Positions 51,340-64,000 of a stretch of DNA of 64,000 nucleotides are shown here, piece after piece. Under the pieces are notes generated by a model. It saw only the letters and a list, made by a program, of their open reading frames with translations, was not told the DNA's origin and ran no database searches. This stretch comes from Geosiphon pyriformis uo1 (taxonomy: Eukaryota > Fungi > Glomeromycota): the NCBI GenBank assembly GCA_016748015.1, contig JAAOMT010000047.1, positions 2,977 through 66,976 of the forward strand, written 5' to 3'. Each line of letters opens with the position of its first letter. Within the stretch, counting starts at the first letter, position 1. The position numbers and the translations under genes are program-made.

Positions 51340-53800
51340 TTTTTTGAGTATATGTTTTGCCTACTATCTTGAAATTATAAATTCCAAAGTTTTAATAACA
51401 AAAAAATTATTGAAAACTTTTCTGGTAAAAATTGTAAATATTAAAAAAAAAACCTTATTGGCAAGAAGAATAATTGAACTAATAACTCTTTATTTCCACT
51501 TTTGACAGTTTTTATTGAGTATTTTAAAAAAATCTCTTCTGAAAAATGGTCATATTGGCATTTTTGTGATTTAATCAGGCTAAAATTATTATATTGCCAC
51601 TTTTTTCAAATAAATAAACCAGTCTTGATAGTGTTTGGCAAAAGTGTTTTTTTTACAAGACTAAAGAGATGCCATAATAAAAAGATTCAAACTGGAAGAT
51701 TATTATGTTTTGTTTTTTTGAGTGGGTAAAAAAATTAATTAGCACAAATATTAATCATTATGTTTCAATAATTATAGCTTTCAGAAAATAGTCAGCTATA
51801 TTTTTTTTGGGATTATATTATTCAGAGCCGCAAATCTGATGCAATTGATCCAAAATTTTCAGCTTTAGAAAATGTAGTGTTTTTAATGAGATAAGTAAAT
51901 TAGTGCAGTAAAATAGTTTAAATTATTGTGCTATTTTTAATATAATAAAATAGAACAAGCTTTCTTAACACAGAAAAAAGTACAATTATAAATTTTTTAA
52001 GCATATTATTTTAAATTATAATAGATTCTTTTAACCAATTTTTTAATTATTATTTGTTGATTTGTAGTTAAAGACAAATTTTAATGAGAAAAAAAGTTTT
52101 AAATAAATGACAATGAATTGTTTTTAAGACATAATAAAAAAAAAATAGTATTTAATTATTTCTTTTAAGTCAAATTAGTCTGTTTTTATTGCCAATTTTT
52201 AAAATTTACTCTGTTTTTTAAATACTCAATTCTTTGACAAAAAAATATTCTACTTGTTTACCACTATTTTAACTACATTTATTACTCTGAAATATTGGAG
52301 ACATTTCTGATAAAGCAGACTTTGATTCAATTACTTCAAGTATATAAGTTAACTGTTCTATTATTATTAATAATATAGTAGAATCCCAATTAAGATTTTT
52401 GTTTTGTAAAAAATCTAGATGGTTCATAAACAATTTAGATATTTTTAAAAAATAGCATATATTTAAGGAGAAATCCTTAAAATTAACAAAAAATAGGGGT
52501 TTTTTTTAAAAAACTATGTTCAGCAAATACTCTATATTTTAATTTTTTAATTTTGCAATTTGTTTATACTTTTACTTTTTTATTTATTTCATTCTACTAT
52601 TTTCATCTTTTTTAATTTTTTATTATAGATCTTTATTACATATTCTTTTATTAAAGCCCAAATAATATTGTTTTTTAATAATCAAAATATTTGTACTAAA
52701 TTATTGAATATAATACATAAGAATGTTATACAAAGGCTTACTAAATGCAAAACAAAGTTTGATGCTAAAGTTTTCTTAGAAATTATTGCTATTGTTAAGG
52801 TATTTTGTTTTTTTTTGTCTTTATTTAATGTAAAAAAAAGAGAAAATATAAATTTTTTTTTTTTATTATAGTACCTATAAAGAAAAAAAATACTTGCAAT
52901 TAATTGTGTCTATGATAAGTGCACTATTATACAGACTATTGAAAACATGTAATATTAGACTAAATTGTGGAGAAAAAAAATTATTTAATAGTATTAACAT
53001 ATTTTAATTAGTATTCAATGAATATTAACAATAATATTAAAATCTTCTATTGAAGAAGTAAAACTATGTATTGCTTATATAGATCCAGTTCTTAGCCCAA
53101 TTTTTGGAGATCCAGATCATGGTATATTCTTGCAATGGTCTAATAAAAAGATACTGGAATCTGAAGATAGAAAGTTAACAGAGAGAGCCAAGCAACCAAA
53201 TGCTATCATTAGTGTCATTAATCAACTTTCTTAAAGCTTAAGCAGAAGACATGACAAGGTAAAAATACAAAAAAAAATGAATAATCTTTACAGTTTATAC
53301 ACTGATTTTGTTCAAGTGATTGTGTTCAATAAAAATTTTATTGATTTTTTTAACATGATTTGTATTCTCAAATTTTAAGTTATTAGTAAGATTTTTAATA
53401 TTAGATTTTTTTATTAAAAATTATATTAATAAGAGCTTAATAGAACAACATATCATATTTTATCTTATTATTTTTTTATATAATAGTATGTATATTATAG
53501 TAAAGGTTAGTTATCTTAATATGCTGATGTTATTTAAGCAGCTTTTGGCTTTTTTTACAAGTTTCAACACACTTCTTATTGTCTTCAATATATTTTAGAC
53601 CAAATTGTGCTATGTTCTATTCTGTTGTAAAAATGGAGCCAAAAAAGTACAATACACTTATAATACCAAATTTTAAAAAACTGATTATAAAAAGCTGTAA
53701 TCAATATCATTCTTGTGAAATATAATTTTAATAATAACATTAATGAGTTAAAGAGAATATTAAAAAATTAATAGAAAATTTATCTAAACACAAAAATAAA
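51340..53800 (+). pseudogene. Decayed multi-exon PD-(D/E)XK (REase-like) gene
   Basis: N-terminal EYFKKISSEKWSYWHF. Core YIDPVLSPIFGDPDHGIFLQWSNKK...RAKQPNAIISVINQLS*SLSRRHDKVK matches the recalled QPD...GEAK pattern after G>A decay. Confidence 0.6.
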
Positions 53801-55299
53801 AAATGGTTTATCATATGCTATGTATCAAATAGACCAATTGTTTATTTGTTTTATTTATATGAGAAATTTACTTTAAAAATTCTAAGATTTTTTATTTCTA
53901 TATATAGCAGATAAAATAATTTGAATAATATCTACTTTTTAGTTCTTGTTTTTATTAAGAATAAAGTAAATTTAAAAACTAAGTTTTTTTAATTTTTTTA
54001 ATTAAAAGTTACAGTAGATGAATTAGATTTGAAGTATATTATATAAAAACAAATTTTGTTGAGGATTTTAATTTATTTAATTTAAGAGATTAATCTAAAT
54101 TCTATATTCAAAATTCTTTTAAGTTCAGATATTTCAGTAAATATTAGATATACAATTGTATTTGCTGTACAATTTGTTTTAGGACTGAACAAAATAATTA
54201 GTGGTCAATTTGCTTTCTCTGTTAGAAACAAAAATAGAGCTTGAATATTAGTGTTTTTTATTGCTTATTTCATTTTTAGAGCATTAGCAGTCATATTTTT
54301 TATAAGAGCATAAATCATTATAGCTACAGCATATTGAAAATATATTTTTTTATTTTTTACTAATATTCAGAAAATCGAATATATAAACATATATTCCTGT
54401 AAATACATTGATTAAAAATCAAATGGTTTATGTATAAAAATTTAAGATTCTAAAGCAAGATCTATAATTTTATACTTTAAATAGTCTAAGCTATATGATA
54501 CTTGTTGATTACATTTTTTGTTCTAACCAATGATTCTATTAAGTTTTTAATTTTTGTATCTGAATGTTCTGTCTGATTTTATTATAGTCTTATTGTTTTT
54601 TGGTTTATTAGTAAGTGGCTAAATAAACATAAATTTTTTTAATCAAATACTATTTTGATTTTTACAACATTGATTTTTTTTACTGTTTTTGTTCCAGATA
54701 ATAGAGATCACAATTTGAAACAGAATAATAGCAATATGAATATTATTATAATTAAAGCTCAAAAATATACATAAATAGCTTCCTTAAATCAAAAAAAAAC
54801 TTTTATTAAAGAATTTTTTAACTTCAATTTCAATTTACAAACTTTTAATCTTATGAAAAAAAAAAAATTTGTAGAGTTTTTTCTTATAAGCTTAGCTATT
54901 AACTAGCCTATTTCAAAAAATAGCTTCATTTATGTACATAAATAATAATCTTCTAAAATTTCATATCTTTTTACTACTGAATAAAGTTTATTAATATATT
55001 TTTTTGGCTTTAACTTAATCAAATATGCAAATACTTTAGAAAAAAACTAAAAAATAGCAATAAAGCATTAGAATTAAGGAAATATATCTAAAAAAACAAA
55101 TATCAGAGATCTTACTTAAAAAATCAAAAGAAACAGAAAAGATTTGCATAACAAAAATAGAAAAACTTAATAAGAAATCTCTATATTTTTGAAAAACAAT
55201 TATAAAATATTGTTTTTTAAATGAAAAATTTAAATAATATTTTTTTTACATAAGTGCAAAATGGTTGATTTTTTTAAATTTCTGTGATGTGTTTAAAGT

Positions 55300-56285
55300 C
55301 TTGAAAATATTCCAAAAATGAAAAAAGAGGTATTTGATTTTTCTCAAGTAAAAAGCACATTAATAATCATGATAACTCTTCCAAGTTTTTCAGCACTTAG
55401 TTTATTTACAACTGCATCAATATCTTATATATTAGATTTAAAGACTTAAATATAATTATTTATATATTAAAAGTAATTATTCTATTTTTATAGACAGAAA
55501 AATATATATTGTATCTGACATTTATAACAGGTCTGTAGGAGATTGTGAGATCCAAAAAGTCACAACTTGCTTAAAACAATAAAGATGCTTATGTGGAATA
55601 TTCATTGCATAAATATAGACTTTTTAGTCTAAAGATTTAAAAAAGTATCTGATTAGAATGAAGCTCTTAAAATAAAACTCATAATAAAACTTATCAAATA
55701 CTTTAATTTCGAATATCTTCAGTTTCTTTAAAATTTTACTGTTACTATGCTTACACCTTTTTGTCACAAGATTGAGAATATCATTAAGACTTTTTTGTAT
55801 CTTAACTTTGTTATCACCAAAGTGTTTCAGATCAATTTTATAAGGTAGTCTACTAACTTTGCACACTAATAACTCCTAACTAAGATAATTTTGTAAAGAA
55901 AAAAATGTATTTGTTTACTGCTCAGACCTCTGGTATGTGTTAGATTCAATCTCTTAATTACATTGAATTGAAGATATCTTTGGCCAATTTCACCTTATTT
56001 TATTTGATAATTTTCTTAGAAAAATTTTTTTAATATTGACAAAACTGTTAGTGCAAAAAATACAAATAAGACCATTTTTTAAAAGAGTTTTTTTTAAAAT
56101 ACTCATTAAAAACTGTTATAAGTGTCAATAAAAAGTTATTAATACAGTTGTTTTTCTTGTAAAATAAGATTTTTTTCTTTTACACTTATTCTCTTTGCCA
56201 GAAAAGTTGTTAGTCATAATTGTATTGTCAATAAAAACTTTAAAAATTGATAATTTCAAGGTAGTAAACAAAATACATACTTAAA
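55300..56285 (-). pseudogene. Decayed paralogue of the 51.3-kb gene in inverted orientation, shortened
   Basis: 56040-56300 is an inverted match to about 51335-51575 (EYFKKNSFKKWSY). ORF 55624-55866 CKVSRLPYKIDLKHFGDNKVKIQKSLNDIL resembles an EVSGPP...D..K REase C-terminus. Confidence 0.55.
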
Positions 56286-56382
56286 AAAATATGTTCAAAA
56301 ATAAAACAATTAAAAAAATATGTTCAAAAAAAACCAATAAAATATGTTCAAAAAAAACCAATAAAATATGTTCAAAAAAAAC
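56285..56382. repeat. About 24-29-bp tandem repeat aaaatatgttcaaaaaaaaccaat (4 units)
   Basis: Directly visible upstream of the 55.3-56.3 kb relic. Confidence 0.8.
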
Positions 56383-59300
56383 ACATAAAAAACACATTCA
56401 TGTTTATTTTGGTTTATCATAAATTATTTAATTCAAATTTTTACAATACCCAAATTTTTTTTTGTTATCATATATATTGATTTATTAAGAAGTCACTATT
56501 TGAAATAAAATCTATAAAATATCTAGCTATTTTGGCTTTACAAATTAGAGAAGTAATATTGTTATTGTCTGCTAAAGCTGTTTGATAAAAATATTTGTTA
56601 ATTTTAGTTTTTTTTTAAAATTAAAAATTTTATAAATCTGTTAAAACTAAAAATTTTTATAATGTCTTTGACTATTAAATAGAAAATAAATTTTTGCATG
56701 ACAGATTCTTTATTTAAATTAAATTTAAATTAATATTAGTTTTTTTTTAATTTGATGTAACTAAATAACTTGCTATTTAGATCTTGTATTTTAATAATAT
56801 TATTAATTAATTAAAACTAAACAAAAAGTTTTCTTTTTTTATATTACATTTTTATTTTAAAAAAGTATAATTATTAGTTTAAAAACTAATATTCAGTTGT
56901 TTGTTTAAAAAAATTTAATTTAGTCTAAATTATTTTATTGGTTATTATTTCTGTAATTTAAAGAAAACATTAAAAATTGTTATATTTTATAATATATAAC
57001 TAGTAATTTTACATTAAAAAATCTTGATTTTGGAGTTTTTAATTATACTAAAACTGTTATTGTTAATTAAAACAAAATTAATACTAAGTCTTTTAAAATT
57101 TTTAATTTGCTTAAACAGTTTGAACTAATAATTTCAAAAGTTATATTAGGTTTGTTATTAATATATTTATTAATTTCTTATATAAATTTTAATATAAATA
57201 TATATTACTTTTTCAATTTATAAGATTCATTTTCGTCAAAAATTACATTCATTAAAATTAAAGAAATATTCATTACTCTCTCTTTATTTTATTAGATTAA
57301 GTATATCAGTTTAAATAAATATGACTTAGTAGGCAAATAATATTTATTTCATTTAAATATTTATAACAATAATAATAACTTTTATAAACCAAAGTTTTTT
57401 GAGAATAAATTTAGTGTGTTAAGCTGTGACAAGTTTTAAAAACCCATTTTATTAAATACCCTTTTATAAAAGTGATTATGCTAATTTGTGAAAACTTTAG
57501 TATGCTTTTATTTATATCTTTTCCAATAACTTTAAGCTATAAAATTTTTTAGCTAAATAACATTTAACTATTCTGCACTTTGAAATTCTGGATTTTATAT
57601 TACTTCTCTAAAAATTGGGTTTTAAAGGGCTATATAAAGGTTGTAAAATTCTGTCTTTTTACCATAGATAATAAAGGAGTAAACTCTGGTATCAGGTGTT
57701 ATTGTTATTTCATGATCAGATTGTATTGATGACACTTATTCTATTCTTCTTTAATATTTATATTGGGATGAAATAATAAACTAATATATATTACTTTTTA
57801 ACTGTAGATTAATTGCAAGCTTTGTATAAAATTTCTAGATATTAAATTTAAAGCTTGATTATTTTTTGGGAGATTTTTTTGAAAAAAGAATCTTAAAAGT
57901 TTCATTAAAATTGGATTTCAATTCATTATTTTATATTGATTTTTTGTGTAAAAATAAAATTTCTCTCATTTTATGAATTTTTTTAGATAAACATATTATT
58001 TCAACTAATATACTATGAATGCTGAGAATAATTTAGATCTATAATATTACCTCGATAATTTGACACTAACACTAATGAAACTTCATTAAATCAAACCATA
58101 TTCGACTAAAGATCAAATCCGGACGATGAGGATATTTTTACAGATGGTGGAGAAATTTTTGAATGAGTCATTGACCGTTGACTCAAATGGATTTGCTCAA
58201 CCACCAAATCAATGGATTAAGAGATTGGGAGTTTCCAAAATTTTTATGTATAATATTTCCCATAAATAAAAACCAAGAAATTTGGACTTTTTATGAAGCT
58301 TCTTTCAACCTATACAAATCCTTCAAAGAAATCAAATTTTCCCATTAAAATCTCGGCAACGGCAGCTAAAAGTAAGACATTTTTTTTATAAAAATAGCAA
58401 CTGATTTCTCTATAATGATCTTACATTGCCTGTCAATAAAAATTTATTGCAGAATTGATATTTACCCTTCAATGAAAATTTAAATGATTGGGAATGCTAA
58501 TTTAAATAAGAAAAAAATTAATAAATGATCTGTTATATTAAAAATTAGAGCAATCTTTTGGTCTAAATTTTGATTAGTGATAATAGTAATTTTGGTTTAA
58601 TAGTCTGGTATGTAATAACTATAAGTCTGGCTTAAATATTAACAGTAATTATGGCTTAAATTTCAGCTGATAACAATAACAAAAAATATTAAAGATAAAA
58701 TTAATACTTCTACTAAAATCAAAATTTACCAAAACACTTTTAACAAAACTGCTTTTTTATATAGTTATCCTAAAATATACAAAAAACGGACCCTATATAT
58801 TAACTATTTTAAACTTATTATTTATTATTAAACTCTTTTTTTTATATTTAACTTTTAATTTAAAATTGGACAATCAAATCTTTTTTCTGTGGCAAATTAT
58901 TATATTTAAACATGTTTTTTTAACATAATTTATTTTATTTTATTTTATTTCATTATTATAAATTATTTTAAAAAAATAAATGAATTTAACAGTAAAAATA
59001 ATTAAAATGAGCAGAAAAAAAGCAAAATAAAACTTCAATAAAAAAAGTTATTTAAAATTAATTATTACTACTTGCTTTTATAATATATTTTGTTTATATT
59101 ATCCTTTTTTAAAAAAAAAAATCAAAATAGTATATGCCTATATGTCTATATTTCAAATATAAAAATTAATTAATAATATAATCTTAATAAAAACTGTATT
59201 AATTTAATAAAAATTATAATTGGTATGTTTTATTTATAGTAAATATATATTTTTAAATACTACTCTTTTGTTTTTCATCTTTAAAAATAACTTTTTTAAT

Positions 59301-62300
59301 ATAATTAGTTTCGGCTGTTTGAATACTTATTGATGTAAATATTAAAAATTTAAAATCAATTTTTGAATATACAAAAAATTAAATTAAATTTATAAACAAT
59401 TAACAAAAATATTTCTTTATGCAAAGCACTTTTGAAAATGACTTTAAAAGTCTAAAGTTTAAAAATTTTTAGGCAAAAAAAATAAGTTAATAATTTACAT
59501 AAAATTAAAAGTATAATATTTTTTTAACTTTTTTTTATTTTATCCAAGTATAATTTTTGAATATTTTGTTTTCTGAGTATTATTTTAATATATAAAATTA
59601 TAAATAGTATAATTACAAAGATTATGTTTTTATTTTCCAAGACAAAAAGTTTGAATTAGTTGATTATTAACTGTTTTAAATATATAAAAAATAAATGTAA
59701 TTCAATAAAAATTAATAAAATATATTTTTTAAATAAAAAACAAACCTTTTCTATTTATAGCACCTTTATAAATTATTTAAAAGATTTAATGTTTAGAATT
59801 TCTTCTTAAACAATAAAAAAAAAATTTAACAGTGAAAATATTTAGTATAATTATCAAAGAACTTATTAATAATTATATTAAGCTTTATTATAACAGAGTA
59901 TATTTTTTTATATGAATATAAAAAACCATTTTAGCTTTGCAAATTTATAAAATTTATTTAATCTCTTTAATTTAGCTTTTTGCAGTTTTTTATTAAAGTT
60001 ATAATATATTTAAGCCAGTTTAACATTAAAATTAAAATAGAGGATATAAAGATAAATTAATACAGAGAATAATAAGAATACAAATGAGAATCATACTGTG
60101 ATTCAGTTTATATAAAATTTGTAATATATGTAATATAAGTCCTTAAAATTTTTAACAGCTTTTTTTATTTATCAAGTAGAAAAATTGTAATATTTTTACT
60201 GTTTTTTGTAAAAATATACAGTATTTAATGCATGATTATTACAAACAGGCTGCTATAATGTTTGAATATTAAGAAACATTAGAAATAAAAATTGGAATGA
60301 GTATGGTGTTGATTAATACTCCAGAAATGTGGATCAATCCTTTTAACACTAAATTTTTTAAAAAAGAAAGATTCAAAATTTTTAAAAATGTTGGTAAATT
60401 TAATAAAAAAAGTTAATTGAAATTCAGAGAATGTGAACAGTTGAAATAATTTATGACAGTGAGTACTAATTATTGTGTAATGAAATACTAACTTTTTTTT
60501 AGGCTTCAATACAGATAGACTGCCCAGATAGCTTTGTTTGTAGAGTTATGCACAGGGAATTAATGGAACTTTACGACTGTAAGGAAAGATTTTCCTAATA
60601 CTTTTACTGTCATATTGAACATTAAGATAATCTTAGCTATGACTTCATAATAACAACAATTTGTTAATCCATGCCTTTGACAAACAATAAAAGATTGTGA
60701 AAGTTGTGAGTACAACATTTTCCAGCCACTGCAGAGGCCTCCAAAAAGATGTGTTTCGCCAAAAAACTCAAGACCTGAAAAGATACACCTCAGTGCTTAA
60801 CGTGTTCTAATAACTACAATCACGTGAGAATAGGAGAATAATGTATATGATACGATTTTATTGTTATTAGATGAGTCATTTTGACTATAGTTTATTTTCA
60901 ACCCATCATAACCAAACTGTGAATCGAGTTTATCCCACATAACGGACTTTTTTTTTAGCCTTTGTATTTTTTTATTTGAAAGAAACTTTTAAGCTTTTGC
61001 GATTACATGTTCGGAACTTTTGTATACAAGAGAAAAAGACTCTATTTATACCTGATGGTATAGATGTTTTCTATGCAGTATTTTTTAAAATGGAGTTTTT
61101 TTTTTTATAAACTCGGAATACCTAATTTTGTCCCTTTATTTTTATTGAAAATTAAAATTCCTAATATTCAAAAAAATGCAATTAAAAATTCTTTTATAAC
61201 TATCTGTTTTCTCAAAACTTCAGTTTGCATTTCAAAAAATAAATTGTTTAATTCAAATTTAACTGATAAATGTTCTCAAAACTTGAAGGTTATTAAAAAT
61301 ATTGTTAATTAAAACAATTTATTTGGGGATTGGTTTCCTGAATCTGTTTATAAGTTTGGTCAGGTTGACGTTGCTGCTCTACATATCATTGATCTTGTTC
61401 GAGGTTAGGTTGTGGTCCACAGGGATCTGATCTGGCAAAGTGTAAGAAGAGGGGTCTAATTAATGATGCTGGTTTTGTAATTCTGATGTTAGAAATTCGG
61501 CTTTTTTGCTCAATGATGTAGCAATTCATAAGATTAATTTTGCCAAAGAGATTGATCTGAATTTTGGTTTTGTTAAGGGCTTGTTCTTAATCTTGGATTT
61601 GTGTCGGTCCTCAGGGTATGGCTGGCTCGGGTGGCCGATCACATGTGATTAAGCATGAGCCTTCGTTATTACATAATAAAAAAAGATATACTATAAAATT
61701 TGAATTTTTTATTAAAAAGTTAGCGTAATATTAAACAAATTTTAAAAATATAATATTTAATATGTAAAATAACAAAATAATGTATTATGTTTAAGTTATA
61801 AACTTAGTAAACTTATATATATTTCAAAAAATATTTATTTAAATAAAGTTTGTAACCTTTATTGAAAAATATGTTTTATTCAAACTGTTAGAAAAGGCAT
61901 CAAGGATTTATTACTACATTTTTTCTAGTTAAATAAATGATTTATGCATTTTATATTACATAAAAAAATTTACTGTTTATATTGGGAAAAATACTTGGAT
62001 TCTCAAATTTCTACTGTAAAATGTGAGAATTAATTAGATAAAAAAAGTGGTAACAAATTTTTTTGGGATCATTTGCAATTAATTTTATTTATATTAATAT
62101 CTGATTAGTCATAGTTTGTATATAATAAGAAATATAAATTAATAAGTATTTATTAATATTTTGTAAAGATCAGTTTTTAAAAATGAAAATAAACAGTTTT
62201 AAATTTAAATTTCTCTATATATTTATTACTATATTTATTAAAAAGTAATTTCTTAACGATCCTGAAGATAAACATAATTTTACTTATCATTACAAAAGAA

Positions 62301-64000
62301 TAAAATTGAACTATATTCAAATATTTTCACCTAAAATGGGCTAATACTGAAAACTTATTTTTATGTTCTGTTTAATATAGCCAAAAATTAATAATAATCT
62401 CAATTGGAATATTTTATTCTGGAGGGATAGAAAAAACAAGAGAAATATTAATTAGAAGATTTAAGTATTAAAAAAAATGTCAAAATTTACTAATAATTAT
62501 TCGTTTTAGAAAGATAATTAACTTGAGTTTCTTAGCACCTATGCATTGTAGTTTTAATTTTTCTCTACTTGTAATATTTAAAATTAGAATAAAATCCAAC
62601 TGTCATGATCGAAAAAGTTATAAACTCTATTATTTGAGACTTCCTAAATAAAAATATAAATAAAACTTGGTTCCCTTTCAATTTTTTAAAATAAGATCTA
62701 ATAAATTATGACATAAATTTTTAAGCATTGTAATTAATTAAAAATTATACAGTTATTTTGTTTTATTTCTAATTTAATTAGAAAGCTATAATATTATTTC
62801 ATTTTTCAAACTTTGCTTAGCCTGATTTGGAGAGAAGATCTAGCATATGTTAAAAAAATTAAAACTCTTGATTACCTGACCAGTAAGCAATCAAAGGCAT
62901 TTTTATCAAATGTAGTGGAGTTGAGAAAAGAAATTAGAATCTTTAAGGTTAACTTGATTATTTAAAGAAATTATTCTTCCTTGTTAATTATTTAAGCTTT
63001 TCAAAAAGTTAGATGAATATCACAATAGAAGAAAATAAAAAAACAAAATTGATTAGCAATTATCTTTTTCAAGTAATTGTTTTCTCGAAAAAGTATTAAT
63101 AATTTATTTTTGTCATATCAAAATCCAGTTTTTTAATTGGTTATTACAATTAGAGTTCAATATTATAAATCAATTTATAATGATAATTTATTATAGTAAC
63201 AAAATTTTAATATTCCAGAATATTATAAATTAAAATTTGTTTGTTATAAAAATTTTCATATATAAAAATTTCTATTACTTATAATAATATTTATTAATAT
63301 TTATACAAATTAAAATTTGTTTATAATAGTTCATATATATATAATATTATTGAAAAATAATTAAAAATAAAAGTAGAGTTATTGTAATACATACATAGAT
63401 CCTCTATATTAATATTAATTTGATGTGTTTTTTATTAAAAAATAAAATGAAAACAAATCAAAAAATAAATTTAATTGTATACTTTCAACATTTGGCTTAC
63501 ATTTAAAAACTACAATTTTATTAAAATGTACCCATTGATAAAATGTAAAATATAACATTTGATGTATTATACCAAAAGAAAAGAAATTATTTTAAGTTTA
63601 AGTAAGCTTGGTCAATTGAAATGTTAATTTAGGTAGATATTACAAATATGTATAAATAATGTTTCAAAAGAATAAGGTTTTTAAAACGTGTTTGTGCATA
63701 AATAAAATTGATAAGCAAACGCCTTATATCTAATAACTTTTATTCAAAAAGTTTCTCTTAAAAGAGATATAAAGATGAAGGTATATATATGCTAATATAT
63801 TATATTTTGAAGAACCGATTCCTCTCTCAATTCTTGATTTTCATATCATCAATAAAGGTCTTTAGATTAAAAGCTTTTTGAATATAATAAATGAAAGGCT
63901 TACCATTTGTAGAAAATTCAGGTTTTGAGATTATTGAATTTTATATCTTGCCGTATCATGACATGCTAGCATCTTGTATTATTTCTTTTTTCATAAACAA

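Noticed and set aside
57400-64000. Patches of gene-like sequence (58.0-58.4, 60.5-60.8, 61.3-61.6, 62.2-62.9 kb)
   Set aside because: Higher GC suggests relics, but I could not assign a supportable protein family. The short ORFs listed there look spurious.

Overview
Very AT-rich eukaryotic DNA with short GT-AG introns. The gene families (Sel1 repeats, TKL kinase, BTB-BACK-TLDc, F-box, Crinkler-type REase genes) and the retroelement sequences point to a Glomeromycota fungus. A Geosiphon/Ambispora-like source is my inference from recalled protein families. I found no gene that is certainly intact. 1-9.5 kb: four disrupted multigene-family pseudogenes. 13.1-20.8 kb: a CpG-retaining island with three copies of one multi-exon orphan/REase-like gene. 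Two copies sit head-to-head around a TGACGTCA-centred inverted repeat, one carries an 880-bp intron-containing fragment of the V-ATPase assembly gene VMA22/CCDC115 inside exon 2, and intron 2 holds an array of stem-loops with a conserved TGTCTA loop. The island also has an F-box fragment and a 919-bp PIF/Harbinger-superfamily element with an ATT target duplication. 20.8-49.7 kb: nested retroelements. A LINE is interrupted by a solo LTR, a full-length Ty3/Gypsy element (868-bp LTRs, TCAG TSD) and a second related Gypsy. Both Gypsy copies encode, in order, PR, a Cys-rich insert, dUTPase, RT, RNase H and IN, plus an extra 3' ORF. The repeats show transition-only C>T/G>A decay, also outside CpG, which resembles RIP. 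50-64 kb: decayed gene relics, mostly unassignable.
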